The notes beneath the pieces were generated by a model. It had not been told where the DNA came from. It saw only the letters and a program-made list of their open reading frames with translations, and did no database searches. A program made the translations under genes and the position numbers. Below, in pieces: positions 21,419 to 31,984 of a DNA stretch of 64,000 bases (positions within the stretch are counted from its first letter, which is position 1; every line of letters begins with the position of its first letter). Origin of the DNA: a virus; the IMG/VR virus record IMGVR_UViG_3300050821_006746, positions 45,142 to 109,141 of that record, one strand, 5' to 3'.

Positions 21419-22527
21419 ATGAACGCACAGAACGCGCAATCAATCGGCTATGAGGATGGCAAGACCTACATTAGTGGTTTCCTTGCCAATCGCGAAATGA
21501 CGTTTGCCGAAGCAAGCAAACTGATGGATCTCGAATTTATTACTTTGCAGGCTGCACGCAATGTGGCAGAGCACACATATCGCGTACAGAGCAAGCGTAC
21601 TGTCGATTTGTATGTGCAGGGTGCGCATGATGCATGGGAGGCTTGTGTGGCAACGTCTCAACGTGAAGCCGAAGAATCGGCGCGGCGTGCTGCTGTGGAG
21701 CACAACCCGAATACGCGATTTTGCACGTGCGCGGCGTGTAGCGGTAAAGGAGAATAGCATGATAGGTTACTATGTTTGGTTTAATCATACGATCCATCGG
21801 TATGCGTTTACGCGTCAACATGTAAAGCCAACGAATGATCCGACGTGGGAATGGGTGGGACATACTGATCACGGTGTTTTCGCTCAGGCGTATCTGCAAG
21901 AAGGTGGACCTGACTACTACAAAGTTGGAGAGAAAATAGCATGAATGATAACCCCATGCGCGATGTTATCGAGCAGATGAAAGCCGCTGCTCAACGCGAA
22001 GGCAAGCAGCAGACTAGCTTACAGGCGAAGGCGGCAATGGAGCTAAACAGAATCGACATTGAGATGATTATCAGCCAATTGCTGATTGCTGGCATGGAAC
22101 AAGAGCGGATTGCTGAGAAGGTGAGGGTACCGGATGGCTATCTGGAAATGGCGCAGTACTTTCGGGATCTCTCGGCACGCATGAAAGCGTTTTGTGATGG
22201 GTCTAGTGCTGAGAAGTTTGTGCTGCGGGAAGGGGAATAGACATGAGCGAATTGGCATGGAAAATTATCGCTGCCTTCTTTGTTGGTGAGGGGTTTAATC
22301 GTTTTACACAGGAAGGGATGTCGTGCTCTCTTGCGGGATGGACATTGAAAAAATTGTTAGATACTGACGAATCCATCGATGCCGCTCAAGTGCTGCATGG
22401 AAGCGAGTTAACGCAAAGTAAATGGGAGTGCGCATTGCGCGAGTTGGTGGATCTGGGATTGATCGAAGAGAACCCGAATTTGGGAGAACGCTGGCGATTG
22501 GTGGTAAAGACTTCTAAGCAGCAATAG
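21419..22527 (+). other. Four small hypothetical genes
   Basis: Coupled ORFs with RBSs. Confidence 0.6.
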
Positions 22528-22566
22528 CACACATCTACACAACATGCTATACTCTTCCCAATGTTG

Positions 22567-22593
22567 GCGACTTGCTCAGCAGGTCGCTTTTTT
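22567..22593 (+). terminator. Rho-independent terminator
   Basis: GCGACTTG-CTCAG-CAGGTCGC followed by T run. Confidence 0.65.
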
Positions 22594-22607
22594 GTTTGGA
22601 GCACAAC

Positions 22608-23252
22608 ATGCCATTTCAGTCAATCGATTTGCTTAAAGACGCCTCTATAACCATAGGAGAGCATACCTATCCAATTACACACTTCGCCTCATCCACGTCA
22701 GAGATGATCGATCAGGTTGCACATTTTAGCCGCACGTGGGATGAACGGCGTGGCGATATCCATTTTGAAACGTACACGGATGTAGAGTTAACCCCCTATG
22801 GAAGAGCAGTTATACAAGAATACCTCTCTAATGGACAATGCTGCGATGTCACGATCAATTATGGTTATTCCCCTGTGGTAGCATCGTCTAGGCGACCGTG
22901 CCCACGCAACACCCGCATTCAGCGAGTGCAAGCCAAACGTAAGGCACTGTACCTGGGCCACAATGGCAAATGTTGCTCGCTACGCACTCGTAAAGCGTCG
23001 CTAGCACTCAGGAAGGCAGAGCAACGCTGGTATCTCGATATGAGCGCTGAGCAGCCTGTGGCGAGCGAATATGAGCGTGTGTCTCCACGAGTAGCTAGGA
23101 AGCAGGCGAGCGATGCGAGGCGGTTCTATCGGAGCTTTGGGCCACTAAAGAATGATCCCAACTATCTCGATTTGGGTGAATACTTCGATCGAGAGATTGC
23201 GTACGCATTTACTGTGCCTGACCATGAGATTGGAGAAACATATAATGGATGA
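22608..23252 (+). CDS. Hypothetical protein
   Basis: RBS GGAG, ATG 22608. Confidence 0.6.
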   Translation: MPFQSIDLLKDASITIGEHTYPITHFASSTSEMIDQVAHFSRTWDERRGDIHFETYTDVELTPYGRAVIQEYLSNGQCCDVTINYGYSPVVASSRRPCPRNTRIQRVQAKRKALYLGHNGKCCSLRTRKASLALRKAEQRWYLDMSAEQPVASEYERVSPRVARKQASDARRFYRSFGPLKNDPNYLDLGEYFDREIAYAFTVPDHEIGETYNG

Positions 23253-23632
23253 GCACGAGATACTTGGTAAGATTGCCTACGAGGCGTATGAGCAAGCTTA
23301 CAGTTGGGTTCGTCGTGGGCTGCTTGGATGGGATAAGTTGAGAGAGGACGAGAAACAGCCGTGGATAGCCGTTGGGCAAGCCGTCGCTGAGCGGGTGATA
23401 GCAGATTTGCAAACAGCGGTGGAGGCTAGCGAATGACTTTATATGTTTCCAAAGAGCAGGCCAGGAGTATGATGGTTGAGCACTGCTTGAGGTGCCACAA
23501 AGTACGTAGCCTGGGCTTTTATCAGCTAACTGAGCAAACACCTGTGATGATTTCCGTGAGCGAGGATCGACTGACGCAAGCAGTAAGTATACAAGAGTTT
23601 TGTGATTGTGACGAGCGAAAAGAGGCGAGTGA

Positions 23633-23862
23633 ATGACAGATGAGCAGTTACGTCTTATGGCTGAGATACTTGCTCGCTTGTTTTAGGCAGCGATTGGACT
23701 GTGCTATACAACGCGTGGGGTGCGAATGTGGGTCAGTGTCGCTATTGCGGTGCGGTTGGGGAAATCTACTATCCCGATATCCACTATAAGCACCAGGAGA
23801 AATGCCCCATTAATTTGTGTGTACAATTAAACCAGTCATTGCAGGTTAACGCCGCCCCATAA
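23633..23862 (+). pseudogene. Frameshifted small Zn-finger gene
   Basis: Coupled ATG, stop after 17 codons at TGTTTTAG; -1 frame continues LGSDW...CRYC...HQEKC to TAA 23862. Confidence 0.5.
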
Positions 23863-23865
23863 AAG

Positions 23866-23910
23866 AGATGGCAGGTAATCCGTACTTACATTCTGGATTA
23901 CCCACCATCT
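23866..23910. terminator. Long hairpin between convergent blocks
   Basis: AGATGG-CA-GGTAATCC...GGATTACC-CA-CCATCT. Confidence 0.6.
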
Positions 23911-24054
23911 AAGCCTACTCGTTTGGTTATTCTAAAATTTGTGGCGTATTTGCGAGCCTGGATATCTGTTTATCCAAAGAGTATGCTATGAGTAGACGTG
24001 AGCAGAATAGCATATCTCGACATCCTGTGCAAGAGCAATCAGCCAAACAGGCTA

Positions 24055-26756
24055 CTACTCTAAATCTGGCAGCGGTATTGTGTTGCTGAGTTCCAGACAT
24101 TCTCGTACATCGTAGAGCGGTGTGATTATCGGCTTTTTGCCCATATAGGGGTTGTATATGTATGCCGATGGCTCTTGTGTAACTACACGATTGGTGGCTT
24201 CTACCTCTTCCTTGCGCATCAGCCATTGCGGTGCGGCGGCATGTGCAAAATAGCACACCTTGCCGAGACATTGCTCTGCGTTGGCGTCCGTTGCTCTGGT
24301 GAAAGTGAGCGTGCAGACAGTGCATCGGTATCTGAGCGTTGGCTTGCCGTAGATATTATCTACGTGTTCTCCCACGAGCTGATGTGCGAGGTGCGGTTTG
24401 CGGGTAAAGATTTTGAACATGATTATCTCCTGTACTCAGGTGGTGGCAATAGTATCTTACAGCCAGGGCACGCCCAAATTCTTGTGTCATTGGCGTAGTA
24501 CTCATACCATTGCTTGCGGAGCGGGTTTACTTCGGTGGGATCTAAGGCTGCTTGTTCTCTTTCCGTTGGCGTGCTCATGCTTGCTCCCTCTTTTTCTGTT
24601 CTACCAGTGTGGTGCATCGTTCTGGAATACCTTCAACCATTGAAAGTATGTGAAGTGTATGTCCTTGTCGATCGCCTTCAGGAAAATACTTTTCTACGCT
24701 TTCTTTAATTTGAGCCAATGCCCCTGACAAGAATCGCATGTGGTTTATTATCTCTTCTTTATCGTCTGGCGTTATCTTACTCATTAGTGCTCCTTCATTC
24801 TCCAGTGGATTGTCTCTTGCAACGCCTGATTAGGCGAGAAGCCTAACCGTCCATCCATGCGCTTATTGCGATAGCCGAAGTAACGGCATAAGAGGAGAAA
24901 TAGTGCATTTTCGTCGATGTCGAGTGCTTCTAGCACTTCAATATTTTCGCGGTCTTCGTCACTGAGTTTCATTAGTGCTCCTCTTCTCGTCTTTGTGCAT
25001 CCATAGTCAATCTGGTCAAGTAGCGATGCCAGTCCCATTTACGATCCTCCGAATAAATCCAGCCTGGCAACACTACGCCGGGACCTATTTTGCTGTCTCT
25101 CGTGTCGTTGTTGTAGACAAGCGTGTCAATTGCCATCGCTAAGGCTGTGCGGTAGACACGCAACTCTTCCTCTGGGCTACTATAACCAGAATTGTATCTA
25201 TCACTCAGTTTCCACCGAAGATCAGCAAGATTTCTGTTTTGGTCTTCGGTGCCGTCTGTAAAAGAATTGTGAATCATGATTGTGCTCCTTGCTCTGACTC
25301 AGGATCTATCTTTTCGCCCAAATACCGCATGAGCACCCAGTCCGCGCCCACTTTCCGTGTAGGGTCGTAGTCTTCGGGCGTGCCATTCCATTCCTCGATA
25401 GCCTTGAGCAGCGATTGTCGCTCTTTGTCGGGGAGAAAACTGAGATCAAAGTCATTGCACCCATGATTGCTATATTGATCGGATGCGAGATCAAGCAACA
25501 TTGCTATGAGTTTGCGTTCATAGGATTTGAGTCTTGCCATTAATGTGTCCCTTTATTTGCTCTACGTTTCTTCTTCAACCCGAAATGATAAATCCATTGC
25601 TCAGTTTGTATGTGAAACCAGCAGTACACGCCACTATTCGGGCATATGGGCATCTCTTTGCCGGATTCCAGGCAGAGTGGACAAAGTTGCTTTTTCATCA
25701 ATGTGCTCCCTTTAAACATGGACATGGTAGTTATCGCTACAGTCATACATGAGAGCGAACTCGCTTCCGTTGCAGTTTTCAATGTGATGCATTGCAATAT
25801 CTTTTAGCCCATCTAATTCGTAAAATTGGATGATACTTCGCGAAAGCGCAAGGTCAAAGCCTCTTTGCCGATTTGTTTTAAGTCTTGCGGCAATGACTGG
25901 CATTCGATCATGCACGCGATAAACGATGGTTATGGTAAAGTCGTGCTCTTCTATGAGTGTTGTGAGCGTTTGTATGATGTCCTCTTCATTCATGACGTGC
26001 TCCCTTTAGCCTCGCCTCAAGTTCTGCGATTTGCTTCTCGTACTTCTGTGCTCCCTCCTGATAAGTGAGCATGTTCTTGCATGCGCTCTCCGCTCGTTTT
26101 TGTGCATCTTGCAATTCGTGTTGCAGTTCTCTCAGGTTCTCCCAATCTGAACCGCTTTTCTTGATCCACTCTTCCAACGTGCCTTCGGGATCTCGCATGT
26201 ACTCAGCAATGTCTTTGGCGGCATTGGCTGCTACTTGTGACTGTGAGAGATCACCGCAATAATCACTGTACTCTCTGATAAAAGGTTGCTGGTCTTTGCG
26301 TGCAGGCGGATACGTGACAGTGCAATCTGTTTTGCTGTCACCATCATAGTTGCTGTGCGTGTAGATGATGTGGATATCAAATTCGTGTACTTCGGTTGGC
26401 ATGGGTTAATTCTCCTGTTTCAGTGCCATTCGCTCAATATAGCTGCGTGATGCCTCTCCCTCTGCTGTGGTAGCAGGGACAACTCGCACAGCCACAGCCA
26501 CGCTATTGTCATTATCCGAGTATGGTACCTGCCAATCCTCTGTTTGCATGGTGTTGTTAGCGTTATGGAATACATCTGTTACGATAAAGAGGAGTGGCGT
26601 TTGATGCGGCAAGTCCTCGCCCGTTGGGGTGCGTATATGAGCAGTGAGACGAAGCGAGATCTTTTCTCCAATGCGCGGAACAACGGGCGAGCGATACGCA
26701 CCAATCTCTACTATGACCCCGGTTCTGTCATTCACTGCCTCTAAATAAATATCCAT
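24055..26756 (-). other. Leftward operon of about 10 small hypothetical genes downstream of recombinase
   Basis: Coupled minus-strand ORFs with GGAG RBS. Confidence 0.65.
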
Positions 26757-26862
26757 GTATATGCTCCTTTACTCTATGCCGAGCAATGCGGCCAATTGAT
26801 CGCCATGCTTGTTCTCTGCTCGTTTCAGACTTGCCAGATAGCGGCCTGTGGTTGCGAGTGAT

Positions 26863-27798
26863 TTAATACATGTTATCCGTTTTACCGGCTTCCAGTTCAT
26901 CTAGTACATAATGGTCTACGGTTGTTTGTATTCTTTTGTGCCTTAAAGCTTTTTGGGCGAGTCTGATATCTTCTTTGGCTAAGATCGTGCCTACGAAGCG
27001 CCGAAAGTCATGCGGCTTAATATGCTCCAATTCACAACGACTGGCGTACTTTTGCACTGCATTCCAGATTGCTTGAGGTGTGATTGGTTTAAGGAGTATT
27101 TTTTCTCCTCTGCCCGTGAATGACGTAAAGATGTATTCGCATTCTATTGGACGTGCTATAAGCCATGCTGTTATGGATGTGTGCGCCTCTTTGCTCAGGA
27201 AGGCGCTTACTGGCTTGATCTCGTTCTTGCCGCGTACTTTCAGCACATAGCCACCTTCTTGCTCCTCTATCTGGCTTTGTTTGAGTGTTGCCAGTTCGCT
27301 AGCTCGTATGCCAGAACTGGCAAGGGTATGGAGTAGAGCGCGGTCACGCAATCCTACCAGTGTAGCCGTGTTTGGCATCTCGCAGAGACGGCGCATATCC
27401 TCTGGTTTGATGCGAGTTCTAGCGTGTGGTTTGAGTTTGTCAGGATCGATCTTGACGCCTTCAATGTCTCTGAACTCTTCATAGATGGACCTGTCAATGA
27501 GTTTTCGTTTTTGAGCCTCTTTTATTATGCGTTTGATTGCTGACATCATACGATTGATCGTGTTGCTACTTTTGAAGGTTCCATCCTCTTGAGGCGTTAG
27601 AAGCATCCAATCGCGCCACTCTCGCATGGTTTGCGCGTCCATAATGTCTAGCTCTTTCTCTGATGCGAAATGCTGATAACTAGAAATGGAGTACTTGTAC
27701 ATTTTAATAGAAGAGTCAGCCAGATCATAGGTGAGCCAGTTTTGTAAATTCTGGCTCACTGTATGGAGTGCGCTGTGTGGTACAAGTTGCCGATCCAT
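26863..27798 (-). CDS. Tyrosine recombinase/integrase
   Basis: RDRALL...SGIRASEL, HDFRR, LRH, TTVDHY catalytic R-H-R-H-Y; RBS GGAGG before ATG 27798. Confidence 0.92.
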   Translation of the reverse strand: MDRQLVPHSALHTVSQNLQNWLTYDLADSSIKMYKYSISSYQHFASEKELDIMDAQTMREWRDWMLLTPQEDGTFKSSNTINRMMSAIKRIIKEAQKRKLIDRSIYEEFRDIEGVKIDPDKLKPHARTRIKPEDMRRLCEMPNTATLVGLRDRALLHTLASSGIRASELATLKQSQIEEQEGGYVLKVRGKNEIKPVSAFLSKEAHTSITAWLIARPIECEYIFTSFTGRGEKILLKPITPQAIWNAVQKYASRCELEHIKPHDFRRFVGTILAKEDIRLAQKALRHKRIQTTVDHYVLDELEAGKTDNMY

Positions 27799-28277
27799 TA
27801 AACTTCCTCCTGTACGTAGCTCTCGATATACTGCAAAAGTGATTTTACTCTTTCCGGTTTTTCTTCCAGCAAACCAAGAGCCTGATTGCATGCACTACAT
27901 AGCAAGCCTCTGACTCTTCCTGTGGTATGGCAGTGATCGACATGGAGCATAGGAATACGGTTTATTGTGCGCTTGCTTCTACCCGCATTATTGGTTTCTG
28001 GTTTTCCACAACAAGCGCATACACCGCTCTGCCCTTCTAGCATCCTCTCGTAGTCCTCTAGGTTAATGCCATATGCAACTCGAAGTTGTGCATCCTTCAT
28101 TTTTCGGTAGTCGTATGATGCGTGTTTATGTGATGCAACGCAGACCTTACACCACGACTCTACCCCAAATGCTTTCTTGGGAGCAGGTGAATACTCAGAT
28201 AGATTTTTGTGTTCTTTGCATCTCGAACATAGTTTTCTTCCCAGAGCATCTAATTCAACGCGCTGACCTCTTGCCAT
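27798..28277 (-). CDS. Endonuclease VII-family (His-Me) homing endonuclease
   Basis: YGINLEDYERML..Q..VCACC; LHVDHCHTTGRVRGLLCSACNQALG. Confidence 0.92.
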   Translation of the reverse strand: MARGQRVELDALGRKLCSRCKEHKNLSEYSPAPKKAFGVESWCKVCVASHKHASYDYRKMKDAQLRVAYGINLEDYERMLEGQSGVCACCGKPETNNAGRSKRTINRIPMLHVDHCHTTGRVRGLLCSACNQALGLLEEKPERVKSLLQYIESYVQEEV

Positions 28278-28492
28278 GAAAATCTTCCTTTCAAAACCAT
28301 CACGGGCTAAATAGGCATTTAATCAACCTATCTTCTCCTTGATTATAGCAGATCATACCCCACTTGTCCACACTTTATCGATGCATATCAAATCGTCCTA
28401 TGCTACTCGACGTGTTCCAGGTTGGCACGTATTGCGAGTTTGCGATGCCTGGCAGAAAAGAGTATGATAGGCGAAATAGCAGAGGAGTAAAT

Positions 28493-28771
28493 ATGCAAGA
28501 ATATTCAGACTTTATCGAGCAAATAGTAGCGGCAATGAAACCGCTCATTGGTAGCATCGAAACAAGCGAGGTCAGGAAGTACGGATTGGAAGCGGCTTCT
28601 GTTGTATATGATAGGCTGATCCCTCATTGGAATACTGGCGGCGGTTCTGGTATGCCTAACCCACAGGTAACGCCAAAGGAGGTGGCTGTAGCAGAGACGT
28701 TCACTAAGGCTTGCCACAAATTGCAACTTACCGTGGAGCATGAGGTGAACATGATGCACAAGGCTGGCTAA
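28493..28771 (+). CDS. Hypothetical protein
   Basis: RBS GAGGAG, upstream TATGAT box, downstream terminator. Confidence 0.6.
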   Translation: MQEYSDFIEQIVAAMKPLIGSIETSEVRKYGLEAASVVYDRLIPHWNTGGGSGMPNPQVTPKEVAVAETFTKACHKLQLTVEHEVNMMHKAG

Positions 28772-28792
28772 GGATTAACCTCTAGACAATAC

Positions 28793-28827
28793 GAGAGCGC
28801 TGAGCAGGTAGCCAGCGCTCTTTGTTT
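28793..28827 (+). terminator. Terminator hairpin
   Basis: GAGAGCGCTG...CAGCGCTCTTTGTTT. Confidence 0.65.
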
Positions 28828-28849
28828 GCTCGTTATGCTATAATCGTCA

Positions 28850-29340
28850 CGTGGTCCCCAATCCACGAAGCTAACAGTGAGGGATGTTGACGATAGATGC
28901 TCGTCCTGCAAGTTGAACATCAATCAGTCAACATCCTCGTCGGAATGGTTCACCATCGGCGTAAGAGGTACGGTATAGCCGCTAAGTATCTGGTACTCAC
29001 TCCAGTAAACCTCGCAAAAAGAGCACGACCTATGCATCCTTCGGGATAGCGGGTAACGCGCTCTTTTTGTTTGATTGACAGTCGTGATAGCATATATTTG
29101 GTTCACCTGTATGCAAATGGTAAGCATAGGGTCGCGCCCAAGATTGCAGGTTTCGATCCCTGGCAGGTGCATTGCTCACCTGCCATGTGCAGGAAGAGCA
29201 ACGGTGTCGCTACTAAGGGACAAGCGAAGTGTACATGCGCCCCAACCAACGACGCTAGCAAACGACCTCTTGTAGAGGGAAGTGCTCTCAGCAGAGTGAG
29301 AGGATAGCACCGGAGAATTAACTAGCTCCGGTGCTATTTT
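28850..29340 (+). ncRNA. Putative structured non-coding RNA(s)
   Basis: Extended -10 TGCTATAAT at 28836; series of hairpins incl. C(UUCG)G tetraloop; strong terminator at end; no convincing ORF. Confidence 0.6.
29103..29171 (+). ncRNA. tRNA-like element with truncated anticodon arm
   Basis: CACCTG/CAGGTG acceptor-like stem, D-like arm ATGC-AAATGGTAA-GCAT, T-like arm CAGG-TTTCGATC-CCTG; anticodon arm only GGGTCGCGCCC. Confidence 0.55.
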
Positions 29341-29349
29341 TGTTTTTTT
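29304..29349 (+). terminator. Rho-independent terminator
   Basis: ATAGCACCGGAG/CTCCGGTGCTAT 12-bp stem plus T tract. Confidence 0.8.
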
Positions 29350-29807
29350 GCGTGTTACACAAGAATATTTCTTGGCTCAATGTTGAACCCCAACCAATCT
29401 GCCAAATCCATAAACTCTTGATGCGTCATTGTAATAGCGCAAGTATCATTGATGGGATTATCTGTGATTTGCAGACCTCTTTGGCAAAATCCGGCGATAT
29501 ATGCTTCACAGAAGCATCGGCGCAACATACTTCATAAACCATGTTGGTGCTGAATATACCCGCTCAGACCCCTTCCAGGCTTATCTGACGTGTATCAAAT
29601 TGAAAGAAAGCCAAGATATTCTTGGCTTTCTCAGACAGGCGGTTCTATTGAAAAGGTTGCTCGGACTGCGGCAAGATATGCATCACAGGGCCATTCTGAT
29701 ATATCCCACACAAACCAAAATACATCCTTTACAAGTGACCATTTTGGGCCTATAATACAAAGTGTTGTGACCGAAAATGGTCACTTATCAAGAAAGGGAT
29801 ATGTGAT

Positions 29808-30305
29808 ATGACCCAAAAACAATGGCTGATGGAGCATGAGCATCTCTGGGATCTTGTGTTTGCTCTGGGAACAGAAATCGAGCGGATAAAGGCCAATGAT
29901 GGTGTTGACAGTCTGCATCTGAAAAAGCTGAAAAAACTCCGAGAGCTTTTTCAGGCCATGATCGAGAATGCCGAATGGGAGTACCACGAGGACACTGGAG
30001 AGCGTCACCGGCCCGCAGAGCGGGTGATGATCTCGCTCATCCCACATAGCGACGATTGGTGGTCCGATCCTTACGCTGTGGTCCCTGTTGCGGGCCAAAC
30101 GGCAACCATGGGCAAGCAGCGATGGGCAGTTCTCGAGAAAGGGGCAGGCCGCCCTGTGGGAGAGAAAACCTACTCTCAGAAGACCCACGCCTACCGCGCT
30201 TGTCGCAGGCTCAACGATGCGGCCCGGCAGGCATTTGAGGACAAGCGCGGATGGTTTCCGACTCCTGCCCTGGCTACTGAAGCGGAGAGCAGCCTGGCGC
30301 AGTGA
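29808..30305 (+). CDS. Hypothetical protein
   Basis: 165 aa ORF, visibly GC-richer than its flanks. Confidence 0.6.
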   Translation: MTQKQWLMEHEHLWDLVFALGTEIERIKANDGVDSLHLKKLKKLRELFQAMIENAEWEYHEDTGERHRPAERVMISLIPHSDDWWSDPYAVVPVAGQTATMGKQRWAVLEKGAGRPVGEKTYSQKTHAYRACRRLNDAARQAFEDKRGWFPTPALATEAESSLAQ

Positions 30306-31486
30306 ATTTATGTGAAGCATCTAATGGCCCGTGAAGCATATTTTGGCAGTGAACATTCGGGACAAAAGCATCAAATGCTCTGAAAAGAGAACAAAATGAC
30401 TCACTGCTTCAATATGCTTCACAAATCAGAATCGCTGCCAACATATCCTACAGAAAACCTATTAGCTCGTTAGTGTCAAGCCGCTTCTGGCGTCAAGGCA
30501 CTGCCACGATATGGGTAATAGCCGTTGTCAGAATATGCATAAAATCACATTATCAGTGTTATCGGGGCAGCAGAGAATAGAGATGAAATCGTCGTTCTCC
30601 CTAAATTGCAACTCGCTATCAATGCCGCGTATTGACCATACTCCCATTATGCCCTCTCTTTGTCGTCGCTTTTCTCAACATTTCGTATTGCCACATAGCC
30701 ATCTCGCCACCCTGCAATTTCCATCGGTTTTCCAGGGATATTCAGCGTCCACTTTGAATCGTTGTCTTCTTCTTGTGTGACCGCCTCCGTGATTTGCCGC
30801 AATCGCTCTACTCGCTGATCCTCTGGCAGTTCACGCAGCCAGAACAAGACCAGGCTTTGCATCTCATCATTGGTGAGCGGTGAGTACGAGAAGCCCCATT
30901 CGTCGCATCCTTGCCCTGTTTTTATCTCGATATCGTCGCAACAGTTTGTGATAACTGTAACCTCATCGGTGATTCTTTGCTGGCTCATTGCGGCTGCTTC
31001 CCATGCTTTTCCAGAATGCGCATCCACATGCGATCTTTCTTCTGCTCTTCCACTGAGAGATGCTAGGGCAATGGGTGATCCACAATGTGACGATAATCGC
31101 CTAGTGCTATGCGTTTGCCGCAGATGCTACAAGGCACGCCTCTAATGAGAATTGACGCTGGAATGATACAGAGTAACAAGAGCACGATCATTGCTACAAG
31201 GAAAAAGTAAATCATTTTAACCTCCTGATTCTCGCGATTATACCATAGTCGCCACAAAGCTAAAACAACCTGAAACAAGACGGACAACATGAAATGAACT
31301 GGCACGGTTGTATAGACAAGCGATATAGAGTACAATTGCTGTGGATAGTGGTTTTCGTTCTGCTTTGGAGTGGTCATTGTTGGTAGCTCTCCTTATCGCA
31401 ATTGAAACTGCCAATCCGGTGCGGTTGGCAGCGTGCTCTAGCCGATCATGTACGTGTGATTGGCGTTTTTGCATGTCTGGAGATCA

Positions 31487-31984
31487 GTGGTGAGCACCGA
31501 TGATACACCAGAGGAGAGCGCAAAGGCTTATCAGGCTTTTCTCGATTATCGTGACATGGGTGTGAATAGAAGCCTGGCGAAACTTAACGAGCGATACGGC
31601 AAAAAAGCGTCATATATACGTCAATTACAAAAGTGGTCTGCCTTGTATGATTGGCAGGCACGCATAAAGCAATTTGAGCAGGAACAAGCAGAGGAGCGAG
31701 CGGCCAAGATCCAAGCAGATCTTGATGAGATGAACGAGCGTCATGTGAAATTGGCGGTTGAGCAACAAGAGAAAGCCAGGAAGCAAATTGAGGATCTTAT
31801 CAATGCTAGGGCATTTGGGAGTCAGGCGGTTGTGCAGTTGCTCAAAATCGCAACGGACCTAGAACGGTTGGCGCGTGGTGCTCCAACTGAGCGAGAAGAA
31901 ATAACAGGTAGTATCAGCCATAAGGTTGTTTTTATGGTTCCACAGAAAGGGGAGAAGCGCAACAATGATAACGATGTCTCCTGA
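31487..31984 (+). CDS. Terminase small subunit (putative)
   Basis: ESAKAYQAFLDYRDMG..RSL...WSALYDWQAR; directly upstream of TerL; GTG start after GGAG. Confidence 0.75.
   Translation: MVSTDDTPEESAKAYQAFLDYRDMGVNRSLAKLNERYGKKASYIRQLQKWSALYDWQARIKQFEQEQAEERAAKIQADLDEMNERHVKLAVEQQEKARKQIEDLINARAFGSQAVVQLLKIATDLERLARGAPTEREEITGSISHKVVFMVPQKGEKRNNDNDVS

Noticed and set aside
29103-29171. Functional tRNA gene
   Set aside because: No 5-bp stem with 7-nt anticodon loop; kept only as tRNA-like
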